Assembly: GCA_964016885.1 (NCBI GenBank)
Contig: OZ024740.1
Span: 1,488,001-1,552,000 of the forward strand
Length of the DNA: 64,000 bases
Direction: 5' to 3'
From: Eledone cirrhosa
Taxonomy: Eukaryota
The notes under the pieces: generated by a model
Database searches by the model: none
The model's input: only the letters and a program-made list of their open reading frames with translations
Told to the model about the DNA's origin: nothing
Shown here: one piece after another, positions 15,001 to 30,000 of the stretch
Numbering within the stretch: position 1 is the stretch's first letter
Layout of the letters: every line of letters begins with the position of its first letter
Translations under genes and position numbers: made by a program

Positions 15001-18000
15001 AGAAATATGGAAATAAAAGGGTTAGTCACATTCTTTACCTGTCTAACAGATACATTTACAGAATGTCTGACCTGTAGAAATATGGAAATAAAAGGGTTAG
15101 TCACATTCTTTACCTGTCTAACAGATACATTTACAGAATGTCTGACCTGTAGAAATATGGAAACAAAAGGGTTAGTGACATTCTTTACCTGTCTAACAGA
15201 TACATATACAGAATGTCTGACCTGTAAAAATATGGAAATAAAAGGGTTAGTCACATTCTTTACCTGTCTAACAGATACATTTACAGAATGTCTGAGCTGT
15301 AGAAATATGGAAAAAAAAGGGTTAGTCACATTCTTTACCTGTCTAACAGATACATTTACAGAATGTCTGACCTGTAGAAATATGGAAACAAAAGGGTTAG
15401 TGACATTCTTTACCTGTCTAACAGATACATATACAGAATGTCTGACCTGTAAAAATATGGAAATAAAAGGGTTAGTCACGTTCTTTACCTGTCTAACAGA
15501 TACATTTACAGAATGTCTGACCTGCAGAAATATGGAAATAAAAGGGTTAGTCACATTCTTTACCTGTCTTACAGATACATTTACAGAATGTCTGACCTGT
15601 AGAAATATGGAAATAAAAGGGTTAGTCACATTCTTTACCTGTCTAACAGATACATTTACAGAATGTCTGACCTGTAGAAATATAGAAACAAAAGGGTTAG
15701 TGACATTCTTTACCTGTCTAACAGATACATATACAGAATGTCTGACCTGTAAAAATATGGAAATAAAAGGGTTAGTCACATTCTTTACCTGTCTAACAGA
15801 TACATTTACAGAATGTCTGACCTGTAGAAATATGGAAATAAAAGGGTTAGTCACATTCTTTACCTGTCTAACAGATACATTTACAGAATATCTGACCTGT
15901 AGAAATATGGAAATAAAAGGGTTAGTCACATTCTTTACCTGTCTAACATATACATTTACAGAATGTCTGACCTGTAGAAATATGGAAATAAAAGGGTTAG
16001 TCACATTCTTTACCTGTCTAACAGATACATTTACAGAAAGTCTGACCTGTAGAAATATGGAAACAAAAGGGTTAGTGACATTCTTTACCTGTCTAACAGA
16101 TACATATACAGAATGTCTGACCTGTAAAAATATGGAAATAAAAGGGTTAGTCACATTCTTTACCTGTCTAACAGATACATTTACAGAATGTCTGACCTGT
16201 AGAAATATGGAAATAAAAGGGTTAGTCACATTCTTTACCTGTCTAACAGATACATTTACAGAATGTCTGACCTGTAGAAATATGGAAATAAAAGGGTTAG
16301 TCACATTCTTTACCTGTCTTACAGATACATTTACAGAATGTCTGACCTGTAGAAATATGGAAATAAAAGGGTTAGTCACATTCTTTACCTGTCTAACAGA
16401 TACATTTACAGAATGTCTGACCTGTAGAAATATGGAAACAAAAGGGTTAGTGACATTCTTTACCTGTCTAACAGATACATATACAGAATGTCTGACCTGT
16501 AAAAATATGGAAATAAAAGGGTTAGTCACATTCTTTACCTGTCTAACAGATACATTTACAGAATGTCTGACCTGTAGAAATATGGAAATAAAAGGGTTAG
16601 TCACATTCTTTACCTGTCTAACAGATACATTTACAGAATGTCTGACCTGTAGAAATATAGAAATAAAAGGGTTAGTCACATTCTTTACCTGTCTTACAGA
16701 TACATTTACAGAATGTCTGACCTGTAGAAATATGGAAATAAAAGGGTTAGCCACATTCTTTACCTGTCTAACAGATACATTTACAGAATGTCTGACCTGT
16801 AGAAATATGGAAATAAAAGGGTTAGTCACATTCTTTACCTGTCTAACAGATACATTTACAGAATGTCTGACCTGTTGAAATATGGAAATAAAAGGGTTAG
16901 TCACATTCTTTACCTGTCTAACAGATACATTTACAGAATGTCTGACCTGTAGAAATATGGAAATAAAAGGGTTAGTCACATTCTTTACCTGTCTAACAGA
17001 TACATTTACAGAATGTCTGACCTGTAGAAATATGGAAATAAAAGGGTTAGTCACATTCTTTACCTGTCTAACAGATACATTTACAGAATGTCTGACCTGT
17101 AGAAATATGGAAAGAAAAGGGTTAGTCACATTCTTTACCTGTCTAACAGATACATTTACAGAATGTCTGACCTGTAGAAATATGGAAATAAAAGGGTTAG
17201 TCACATTCTTTACCTGTCTAACAGATACATTTACAGAATGTCTGACCTGTAGAAATATGGAAATAAAAGGGTTAGTCACATTCTTTACCTGTCTAACAGA
17301 TACATTAAACAGAATGTCTGACCTGTAGAAATATGGAAATAAAAGGGTTAGTCACATTCTTTACCTGTCTAACAGATACATTTACAGAATGTCTGACCTG
17401 TAGAAATATGGAAATAAAAGGGTTAGTCACATTCTTTACCTGTCTTACAGATACATTTACAGAATGTCTGACCTGTAGAAATATGGAAATAAAAGGGTTA
17501 GTCACATTCTTTACCTGTCTAACAGATACATTTACAGAATGTCTGACCTGTAGAAATATGGAAACAAAAGGGTTAGTGACATTCTTTACCTGTCTAACAG
17601 ATACATATACAGAATGTCTGACCTGTAAAAATATGGAAATAAAAGGGTTAGTCACATTCTTTACCTGTCTAACAGATACATTTACAGAATGTCTGACCTG
17701 TAGAAATATAGAAATAAAAGGGTTAGTCACATTCTTTACCTGTCTTACAGATACATTTACAGAATGTCTGACCTGTAGAAATATGGAAATAAAAGGGTTA
17801 GCCACATTCTTTACCTGTCTAACAGATACATTTACAGAATGTCTGACCTGTAGAAATATGGAAATAAAAGGGTTAGTCACATTCTTTACCTGTCTAACAG
17901 ATACATTTACAGAATGTCTGACATGTAGAAATATGGAAATAAAAGGGTTAGTCACATTCTTTACATATCTAACAGATACATTTACAGAATGTCTGACCTA

Positions 18001-21000
18001 TAGAAATATGGAAATAAAAGTGTTAGTCACATTCTTTACCTGTCTAACAGATACATGTACAGAATGTCTGACCTGTAGAAATATGGAAATAAAAGGGTTA
18101 GTCACATTCTTTACCTGTCTTACAGATACATTTACAGAATGTCTGACCTGTAGAAATATGGAAATAAAAGGGTTAGTCACATTCTTTACCTGTCTAACAG
18201 ATACATTTACAGAATGTCTGACCTGCAGAAATATGGAAATAAAAGGGTTAGTCACATTCTTTACCTGTCTAACAGATACATTTACAGAATGTCTGACCTG
18301 TAGAAATATGGAAAAAAAAGGGTTAGTGACATTCTTTACCTGTCTAACAGATACATTTACAGAATGTCTGACCTGTAAAAATATGGAAATAAAAGGGTTA
18401 GTCACATTCTTTACCTGTCTAACAGATACATTTACAGAATGTCTGACCTGTAGAAATATGGAAATAAAAGGGTTAGTCACATTCTTTACCTGTCTTACAG
18501 ATACATTTACAGAATGTCTGACCTGTAGAAATATGGAAATAAAAGTGTTAGTCACATTCTTTACCTGTCTAACAGATACATTTACAGAATGTCTGACCTG
18601 TAGAAATATGGAAATAAAAGGGTTAGTCACATTCTTTACCAGTCTAACAGATACATTTACAGAATGTCTGACCTGTAGAAATATGGAAATAAAAGGGTTA
18701 GTCACATTCTTTACCTGTCTAACAGATACATTTACAGAATGTCTGACCTGTAGAAATATGGAAATAAAAGGGTTAGTCACATTCTTTACCTGTCTAACAG
18801 ATACATTTACAGAATGTCTGACCTGTAGAAATATGGAAATAAAAGGGTTAGTCACATTCTTTACCTGTCTAACAGATACATTTACAGAATGTCTGACCTG
18901 TAGAAATATGGAAACAAAAGGGTTAGTGACATTCTTTACCTGTCTAACAGATACATATACAGAATGTCTGACCTGTAAAAATATGGAAATAAAAGGGTTA
19001 GTCACATTCTTTACCTGTCTAACAGATACATTTACAGAATGTCTGAGCTGTAGAAATATGGAAAAAAAAGGGTTAGTCACATTCTTTACCTGTCTAACAG
19101 ATACATTTACAGAATGTCTGACCTGTAGAAATATGGAAACAAAAGGGTTAGTGACATTCTTTACCTGTCTAACAGATACATATACAGAATGTCTGACCTG
19201 TAAAAATATGGAAATAAAAGGGTTAGTCACATTCTTTACCTGTCTAACAGATACATTTACAGAATGTCTGACCTGCAGAAATATGGAAATAAAAGGGTTA
19301 GTCACATTCTTTACCTGTCTTACAGATACATTTACAGAATGTCTGACCTGTAGAAATATGGAAATAAAAGGGTTAGTCACATTCTTTACCTGTCTAACAG
19401 ATACATTTACAGAATGTCTGACCTGTAGAAATATAGAAACAAAAGGGTTAGTGACATTCTTTACCTGTCTAACAGATACATATACAGAATGTCTGACCTG
19501 TAAAAATATGGAAATAAAAGGGTTAGTCACATTCTTTACCTGTCTAACAGATACATTTACAGAATGTCTGACCTGTAGAAATATGGAAATAAAAGGGTTA
19601 GTCACATTCTTTACCTGTCTAACAGATACATTTACAGAATATCTGACCTGTAGAAATATGGAAATAAAAGGGTTAGTCACATTCTTTACCTGTCTAACAT
19701 ATACATTTACAGAATGTCTGACCTGTAGAAATATGGAAATAAAAGGGTTAGTCACATTCTTTACCTGTCTAACAGATACATTTACAGAAAGTCTGACCTG
19801 TAGAAATATGGAAACAAAAGGGTTAGTGACATTCTTTACCTGTCTAACAGATACATATACAGAATGTCTGACCTGTAAAAATATGGAAATAAAAGGGTTA
19901 GTCACATTCTTTACCTGTCTAACAGATACATTTACAGAATGTCTGACCTGTAGAAATATGGAAATAAAAGGGTTAGTCACATTCTTTACCTGTCTAACAG
20001 ATACATTTACAGAATGTCTGACCTGTAGAAATATGGAAATAAAAGGGTTAGTCACATTCTTTACCTGTCTTACAGATACATTTACAGAATGTCTGACCTG
20101 TAGAAATATGGAAATAAAAGGGTTAGTCACATTCTTTACCTGTCTAACAGATACATTTACAGAATGTCTGACCTGTAGAAATATGGAAACAAAAGGGTTA
20201 GTGACATTCTTTACCTGTCTAACAGATACATATACAGAATGTCTGACCTGTAAAAATATGGAAATAAAAGGGTTAGTCACATTCTTTACCTGTCTAACAG
20301 ATACATTTACAGAATGTCTGACCTGTAGAAATATGGAAATAAAAGGGTTAGTCACATTCTTTACCTGTCTAACAGATACATTTACAGAATGTCTGACCTG
20401 TAGAAATATAGAAATAAAAGGGTTAGTCACATTCTTTACCTGTCTTACAGATACATTTACAGAATGTCTGACCTGTAGAAATATGGAAATAAAAGGGTTA
20501 GCCACATTCTTTACCTGTCTAACAGATACATTTATAGAATGTCTGACCTGTAGAAATATGGAAATAAAAGGGTTAGTCACATTCTTTACCTGTCTAACAG
20601 ATACATTTACAGAATGTCTGACCTGTTGAAATATGGAAATAAAAGGGTTAGTCACATTCTTTACCTGTCTAACAGATACATTTACAGAATGTCTGACCTG
20701 TAGAAATATGGAAATAAAAGGGTTAGTCACATTCTTTACCTGTCTAACAGATACATTTACAGAATGTCTGACCTGTAGAAATATGGAAATAAAAGGGTTA
20801 GTCACATTCTTTACCTGTCTAACAGATACATTTACAGAATGTCTGACCTGTAGAAATATGGAAACAAAAGGGTTAGTGACATTCTTTACATGTCTAACAG
20901 ATACATATACAGAATGTCTGACCTGTAGAAATATGGAAATAAAAGTGTTAGTCACATTCTTTACCTGTCTAACAGATACATTTACAGAATGTCTGACCTG

Positions 21001-24000
21001 TAGAAATATGGAAATAAAAGGGTTAGTCACATTCTTTACCTGTCTAACAGATACATTTACAGAATGTCTGACCTGTAGAAATATGGAAATAAAAGGGTTA
21101 GTCACATTCTTTACCTGTCTAACAGATACATTTACAGAATGTCTGACCTGTAGAAATATGGAAACAAAAGGGTTAGTGACATTCTTTACATGTCTAACAG
21201 ATACATATACAGAATGTCTGACCTGTAGAAATATGGAAATAAAAGTGTTAGTCACATTCTTTACCTGTCTAACAGATACATTTACAGAATGTCTGACCTG
21301 TAGAAATATGGAAATAAAAGGGTTAGTCACATTCTTTACCTGTCTAACAGATACATTTACAGAATGTCTGACCTGTAGAAATATGGAAATAAAAGGGTTA
21401 GTCACATTCTTTACCTGTCTAACAGATACATTTACAGAATGTCTGACCTGTAGAAATATGGAAATAAAAGGGTTAGTGACATTCTTTACCTGTCTAACAG
21501 ATACATATACAGAATGTCTGACCTGTAAAAATATGGAAATAAAAGGGTTAGTCACATTCTTTACCAGTCTAACAGATACATTTACAGAATGTCTGACCTG
21601 TAGAAATATGGAAATAAAAGGGTTAGTCACATTCTTTACCTGTCTAACAGATACATTTACAGAATGTCTGACCTGTAGAAATATGGAAACAAAAGGGTTA
21701 GTCACATTCTTTACCTGTCTAACAGATACATTTACAGAATGTCTGACCTGTAGAAATATGGAAATAAACGGGTTAGTCACATTCTTTACCTGTCTTACAG
21801 ATACATTTACACAGAATGTCTGACCTGTAGAAACATGGAAATAAAAGGGTTAGTCACATTCTTTACCTGTCTAACAGATACATTACAGAATGTCTGACCT
21901 GTAGAAATATGGAAATAAAAGGGTTAGTCACATTATTTACCTGTCTTACAGATACATTTACAGAATGTCTGACCTGTAGAAATATGGAAATAAAAGGGTT
22001 AGTCACATTCTTTACCTGTCTAACAGATACATTTACAGAATGTCTGACCTGTAAAAATATGGTAATAAAAGGGTTAGTCACATTCTTTACCTGTCTAAAA
22101 GATATATTGTCAGAATGTCTGACCTGTAGAAATATGGAAACAAAAGGGTTAGTGACATTCTTTACCTGTCTAACAGATACATATACAGAATGTCTGACCT
22201 GTAAAAATATGGAAATAAAAGGCTTAGTCACATTCTTTACCTGTCTAACAGATACATTTACAGAATGTCTGACCTGTAGAAATATGGAAATAAAAGGGTT
22301 AGTCACATTATTTACCTGTCTTACAGATACATTTACAGAATGTCTGACCTGTAGAAATATGGAAATAAAAGGGTTAGTCACATTCTTTACCTGTCTAACA
22401 GATACATTTACAGAATGTCTGACCTGTAGAAATATGGAAATAAAAGGGTTAGTCACATTCTTTACCTGTCTAACAGATACATTTACAGAATGTCTGACCT
22501 GTAGAAATATGGAAATAAAAGGGTTAGTCACATTCTTTACCTGTCTAACAGATACATTTACAGAATGTCTGACCTGTAGAAATATGGAAATAAAAGGGTT
22601 AGTCACATTCTTTACCTGTCTAACAGATACATTTACAGAATGTCTGACCTGTAGAAATATGGAAATAAAAGGGTTAGTCACATTCTTTACCTGTCTAACA
22701 GATACATTTACAGAATGTCTGACCTGTAGAAATATGGAAATAAAAGGGTTAGTCACATTCTTTACCTGTCTAACAGATACATTTACAGAATGTCTGACCT
22801 GTAGAAATATGGAAATAAAAGGGTTAGTCACATTCTTTACCTGTCTAACAGATACATTTACAGAATGTCTGACCTGTAGAAATATGGAAATAAAAGGGTT
22901 AGTCACATTCTTTACCTGTCTAACAGATACATTTACAGAATGTCTGACTGTAGAAGTATGGAAATAAAAGGGTTAGTCACATTCTTTACCTGTCTAACAG
23001 ATACATTTACAGAATGTCTGACCTGTAGAAATATGGAAATAAAAGGGTTAGTCACATTATTTACCTGTCTTACAGATACATTTACAGAATGTCTGACCTG
23101 TAGAAATATGGAAATAAAAGGGTTAGTCACATTCTTTACCTGTCTAACAGATACATTTACAGAATGTCTGACCTGTAGAAATATGGAAATAAAAGGGTTA
23201 GTCACATTCTTTACCTGTCTAACAGATACATTTACAGAATGTCTGACCTGTAGAAATATGGAAATAAAAGGGTTAGTCACATTCTTTACCTGTCTAACAG
23301 ATACATTTACAGAATGTCTGACCTGTAGAAATATGGAAATAAAAGGGTTAGTCACATTCTTTACCTGTCTAACAGATACATTTACAGAATGTCTGACCTG
23401 TAGAAATATGGAAATAAAAGGGTTAGTCACATTCTTTACCTGTCTAACAGATACATTTACAGAATGTCTGACCTGTAGAAATATGGAAATAAAAGGGTTA
23501 GTCACATTCTTTACCTGTCTAACAGATACATTTACAGAATGTCTGACCTGTAGAAATATGGAAATAAAAGGGTTAGTCACATTCTTTACCTGTCTAACAG
23601 ATACATTTACAGAATGTCTGACCTGTAGAAATATGGAAATAAAAGGGTTAGTCACATTCTTTACCTGTCTAACAGATACATTTACAGAATGTCTGACCTG
23701 TAGAAATATGGAAATAAAAGGGTTAGTCACATTCTTTACCTGTCTAACAGATACATTTACAGAATGTCTGACCTGTAGAAATATGGAAATAAAAGGGTTA
23801 GTCACATTCTTTACCTGTCTAACAGATACATTTACAGAATGTCTGACCTGTAGAAATATGGAAATAAAAGGGTTAGTCACATTCTTTACCTGTCTAACAG
23901 ATACATTTACAGAATGTCTGACCTGTAGAAATATGGAAATAAAAGGGTTAGTCACATTCTTTACCTGTCTAACAGATACATTTACAGAATGTCTGACCTG

Positions 24001-27000
24001 TAGAAATATGGAAATAAAAGGGTTAGTCACATTATTTACCTGTCTTACAGATACATTTACAGAATGTCTGACCTGTAGAAATATGGAAATAAAAGGGTTA
24101 GTCACATTCTTTACCTGTCTAACAGATACATTTACAGAATGTCTGACCTGTAGAAATATGGAAATAAAAGGGTTAGTCACATTATTTACCTGTCTTACAG
24201 ATACATTTACAGAATGTCTGACCTGTAGAAATATGGAAATAAAAGGGTTAGTCACATTCTTTACCTGTCTAACAGATACATATACAGAATGTCTGACCTG
24301 TAAAAATATGGAAATAAAAGGCTTAGTCACATTCTTTACCTGTCTAACAGATACATTTACAGAATGTCTGACCTGTAGAAATATGGAAATAAAAGGGTTA
24401 GTCACATTATTTACCTGTCTTACAGATACATTTACAGAATGTCTGACCTGTAGAAATATGGAAATAAAAGGGTTAGTCACATTCTTTACCTGTCTAACAG
24501 ATACATTTACAGAATGTCTGACCTGTAGAAATATGGAAATAAAAGGGTTAGTCACATTCTTTACCTGTCTAACAGATACATTTACAGAATGTCTGACCTG
24601 TAGAAATATGGAAATAAAAGGGTTAGTCACATTCTTTACCTGTCTAACAGATACATTTACAGAATGTCTGACCTGTAGAAATATGGAAATAAAAGGGTTA
24701 GTCACATTCTTTACCTGTCTAACAGATACATTTACAGAATGTCTGACCTGTAGAAATATGGAAATAAAAGGGTTAGTCACATTCTTTACCTGTCTAACAG
24801 ATACATTTACAGAATGTCTGACTTGTAGAAATATGGTAATAAAAGGGTTAGTCACATTCTTTACCTGTCTAACAGATACATTTACAGAATATCTGACCTG
24901 TAGAAATATGGAAATAAAAGGGTTAGTCACATTCTTTACCTGTCTAACAGATACATTTACAGAATGTCTGACCTGCAGAAATATGGTAATAAAAGGGTTA
25001 GTGACATTCTTTACCTGTCTAACAGATACATTTACAGAATGTCTGACCTGTAGAAATATGGAAATGAAAGGGTTAGTCACATTCTTTACCTGTCTAACAG
25101 ATACATTTACAGAATGTCTGACCTGTAGAAATATGGAAATAAAATGGTTAGTCACATTCTTTACCTGTCTAACAGATACATTTACAGAATGTCTGACTTG
25201 TAGAAATATGGAAATAAAAGGGTTAGTCACATTCTTTACCTATCTAACAGATACATTTACAGAATGTCTGACCTGTAGAAATATGGAAATAAAAGGGTTA
25301 GTCACATTCTTTACCTGTCTAACAGATACATTTACAGAATGTCTGACCTGTAGAAATATGGAAATAAAAGGGTTAGTCACATTCTTTACCTGTCTAACAG
25401 ATACATTTACAGAATGTCTGACCTGTAGAAATATGGAAATAAAAGGGTTAGTCACATTCTTTACCTGTCTAACAGATACATTTACAGAATGTCTGACCTC
25501 TAGAAATATGGAAATAAAAGGGTTAGTGACATTCATTACCTGTCTAACAGATACATTTACAGAATGTCTGGCCTGTAGAAATATGGAAATAAAAGGGTTA
25601 GTCACATTCTTTACCTGTCTAACAGATACATTTACAGAATGTCTGACTTGTAGAAGTATGGAAATAAAAGGGTTAGTCACATTCTTTACCTGTCTAACAG
25701 ATACATTTACAGAATGTCTGACCTGTAGAAATATGGAAATAAAAGGGTTAGTCACATTCTTTACCTGTCTAACAGATACATTTACAGAATGTCTGACCTC
25801 TAGAAATATGGAAATAAAAGGGTTAGTGACATTCATTACCTGTCTAACAGATACATTTACAGAATGTCTGACCTGTAGAAATATGGAAATAAAAGGGTTA
25901 GTGACATTCATTACCTGTCTAACAGATACATTTACAGAATGTCTGACCTGTAGAAATATGGAAATAAAAGGGTTAGTGACATTCATTACCTGTCTAACAG
26001 ATACATTTACAGAATGTCTGACCTGTAGAAATATGGAAATAAAAGGGTTAGTCACATTCTTTACCTGTCTAACAGATACATTTACAGAATGTCTGACCTG
26101 TAGAAGTATGGAAATAAAAGGTTTAGTCACATTCTTTACCTGTCTAACAGATACATTTACAGAATGTCTGACCTGTAGAAATATGGAAATAAAAGGGTTA
26201 GTCACATTCTTTACCTGTTTAACAGATACATTTACAGAATGTCTGACCTGTAGAAGTATGGAAATAAAAGGGTTAGTCACATTCTTTACCTGTCTAACAG
26301 ATACATTTACAGAATGTCTGACCTGTAGAAGTATGGAAATAAAAGGGTTAGTCACATTCTTTACCTGTCTAACAGATACATTTACAGAATGTCTGACTTG
26401 TAGAAGTATGGAAATAAAAGGGTTAGTCACATTCTTTACCTGTCTAACAGATACATTTACAGAATGTCTGACCTGTAGAAGTATGGAAATAAAAGGGTTA
26501 GTCACATTCTTTACCTGTTTAACAGATACATTTACAGAATGTCTGACCTGTAGAAGTATGGAAATAAAAGGGTTAGTCACATTCTTTACCTGTCTAACAG
26601 ATACATTTACAGAATGTCTGACCTTGTAGAAGTATGGAAATAAAAGGGTTAGTCACATTCTTTACCTGTCTAACAGATACATTTACAGAATGTCTGACCT
26701 GTAGAAATATGGAAATAAAAGGGTTAGTCACATTCTTTACCTGTCTAACAGATACATTTACAGAATGTCTGACCTGTAGAAGTATGGAAATAAAAGGGTT
26801 AGTCACATTCTTTACCTGTCTAACAGATACATTTACAGAATGTCTGACCTGTAGAAGTATGGAAATAAAAGGGTTAGTCACATTCTTTACCTGTCTAACA
26901 GATACATTTACAGAATGTCTGACCTGTAGAAATATGGAAATAAAAGGGTTAGTCGACATTCTTTACCTGTCTAACAGATACATTTACAGAATGTCTGACC

Positions 27001-30000
27001 TGTAGAAATATGGAAATAAAAGGGTTAGTCACATTCTTTACCTGTCTAACAGATACATTTACAGAATGTCTGACCTGTAGAAGTATGGAAATAAAAGGGT
27101 TAGTCACATTCTTTACCTGTCTAACAGATACATTTACAGAATGTCTGACCTGTAGAAATATGGAAATAAAAGGGTTAGTGACATTCATTACCTGTCTAAC
27201 AGATACATTTACAGAATGTCTGACCTGTAGAAATATGGAAATAAAAGGGTTAGTCACATTCTTTACCTGTCTAACAGATACATTTACAGAATGTCTGACC
27301 TGTAGAAGTATGGAAATAAAAGGGTTAGTCACATTCTTTACCTGTCTAACAGATACATTTACAGAATGTCTGACCTGTAGAAATATGGAAATAAAAGGGT
27401 TAGTCACATTCTTTACCTGTTTAACAGATACATTTACAGAATGTCTGACCTGTAGAAGTATGGAAATAAAAGGGTTAGTCACATTCTTTACCTGTCTAAC
27501 AGATACATTTACAGAATGTCTGACCTGTAGAAGTATGGAAATAAAAGGGTTAGTCACATTCTTTACCTGTCTAACAGATACATTTACAGAATGTCTGACC
27601 TGTAGAAATATGGAAATAAAAGGGTTAGTGACATTCTTTACCTGTCTAACAGATACATTTACAGAATGTCTGACCTGTAGAAATATGGAAATAAAAGGGT
27701 TAGTCGCATTCTTTACCTGTCTAACAGATACATTTACAGAATGTCTGACCTGTAGAAATATGGAAATAAAAGGGTTAGTCACATTCTTTACCTGTTTAAC
27801 AGATACATTTACAGAATGTCTGACCTGTAGAAATATGGAAATAAAAGGGTTAGTCACATTCTTTACCTGTCTAACAGATACATTTACAGAATGTCTGACC
27901 TGTAGAAATATGGAAATAAAAGGGTTAGTCACATTCTTTACCTGTCTAACAGATACATTTACAGAATGTCTGACCTGTAGAAATATGGAAATAAAAGGGT
28001 TAGTCACATTCTTTACCTGTCTAACAGATACATTTACAGAAAGTCTGACCTGTAGAAATATGGAAATAAAAGGGTTAGTCACATTCTTTACCTGTTTAAC
28101 AGATACATTTACAGAATGTCTGACCTGTAGAAATATGGAAATAAAAGGGTTAGTCACATTCTTTACCTGTTTAACAGATACATTTACAGAATGTCTGACC
28201 TGTAGAAATATGGAAATAAAAGGGTTAGTCACATTCTTTACCTGTCTAACAGATACATTTACAGAATGTCTGACCTGTAGAAATATGGAAATAAAAGGGT
28301 TAGTCACATTCTTTACCTGTTTAACAGATACATTTACAGAATGTCTGACCTGTAGAAATATGGAAATAAAAGGGTTAGTCACATTCTTTACCTGTCTTAA
28401 CAGATACATTTACAGAATGTCTGACCTGTAGAAATATGGAAATAAAAGGGTTAGTCACATTCTTTACCTGTCTAACAGATACATTTACAGAATGTCTGAC
28501 CTGTAGAAATATGGAAATAAAAGGGTTAGTCACATTCTTTACCTGTCTAACAGATACATTTACAGAATGTCTGACCTGTAGAAATATGGAAATAAAAGGG
28601 TTAGTCACATTCTTTACCTGTCTAACAGATACATTTACAGAATGTCTGACCTGTAGAAATATGGAAATAAAAGGGTTAGTCACATTCTTTACCTGTTTAA
28701 CAGATACATTTACAGAATGTCTGACCTGTAGAAATATGGAAATAAAAGGGTTAGTCACATTCTTTACCTGTCTAACAGATACATTTACAGAATGTCTGAC
28801 CTGTAGAAATATGGAAATAAAAGGGTTAGTCACATTCTTTACCTGTCTAACAGATACATTTACAGAATGTCTGACCTGTAGAAATATGGAAATAAAAGGG
28901 TTAGTCACATTCTTTACCTGTTTAACAGATACATTTACAGAATGTCTGACCTGTAGAAATATGGAAATAAAAGGGTTAGTCACATTCTTTACCTGTCTAA
29001 CAGATACATTTACAGAATGTCTGACCTGTAGAAATATGGAAATAAAAGGGTTAGTCACATTCTTTACCTGTCTAACAGATACATTTACAGAATGTCTGAC
29101 CTGTAGAAATATGGAAATAAAAGGGTTAGTCACATTCTTTACCTGTTTAACAGATACATTTACAGAATGTCTGACCTGTAGAAATATGGAAATAAAAGGG
29201 TTAGTCACATTCTTTACCTGTCTAACAGATACATTTACAGAATGTCTGACCTGTAGAAATATGGAAATAAAAGGGTTAGTCACATTCTTTACCTGTTTAA
29301 CAGATACATTTACAGAATGTCTGACCTGTAGAAATATGGAAATAAAAGGGTTAGTCACATTCTTTACCTGTCTAACAGATACATTTACAGAATGTCTGAC
29401 CTGTAGAAATATGGAAATAAAAGGGTTAGTCACATTCTTTACCTGTTTAACAGATACATTTACAGAATGTCTGACCTGTAGAAATATGGAAATAAAAGGG
29501 TTAGTCACATTCTTTACCTGTCTAACAGATACATTTACAGAATGTCTGACCTGTAGAAATATGGAAATAAAAGGGTTAGTCACATTCTTTACCTGTCTAA
29601 CAGATACATTTACAGAATGTCTGACCTGTAGAAATATGGAAATAAAAGGGTTAGTCACATTCTTTACCTGTTTAACAGATACATTTACAGAATGTCTGAC
29701 CTGTAGAAATATGGAAATAAAAGGGTTAGTCACATTCTTTACCTGTCTAACAGATACATTTACAGAATGTCTGACCTGTAGAAATATGGAAATAAAAGGG
29801 TTAGTCACATTCTTTACCTGTCTAACAGATACATTTACAGAATGTCTGACCTGTAGAAATATGGAAATAAAAGGGTTAGTCACATTCTTTACCTGTTTAA
29901 CAGATACATTTACAGAATGTCTGACCTGTAGAAATATGGAAATAAAAGGGTTAGTCACATTCTTTACCTGTCTAACAGATACATTTACAGAATGTCTGAC

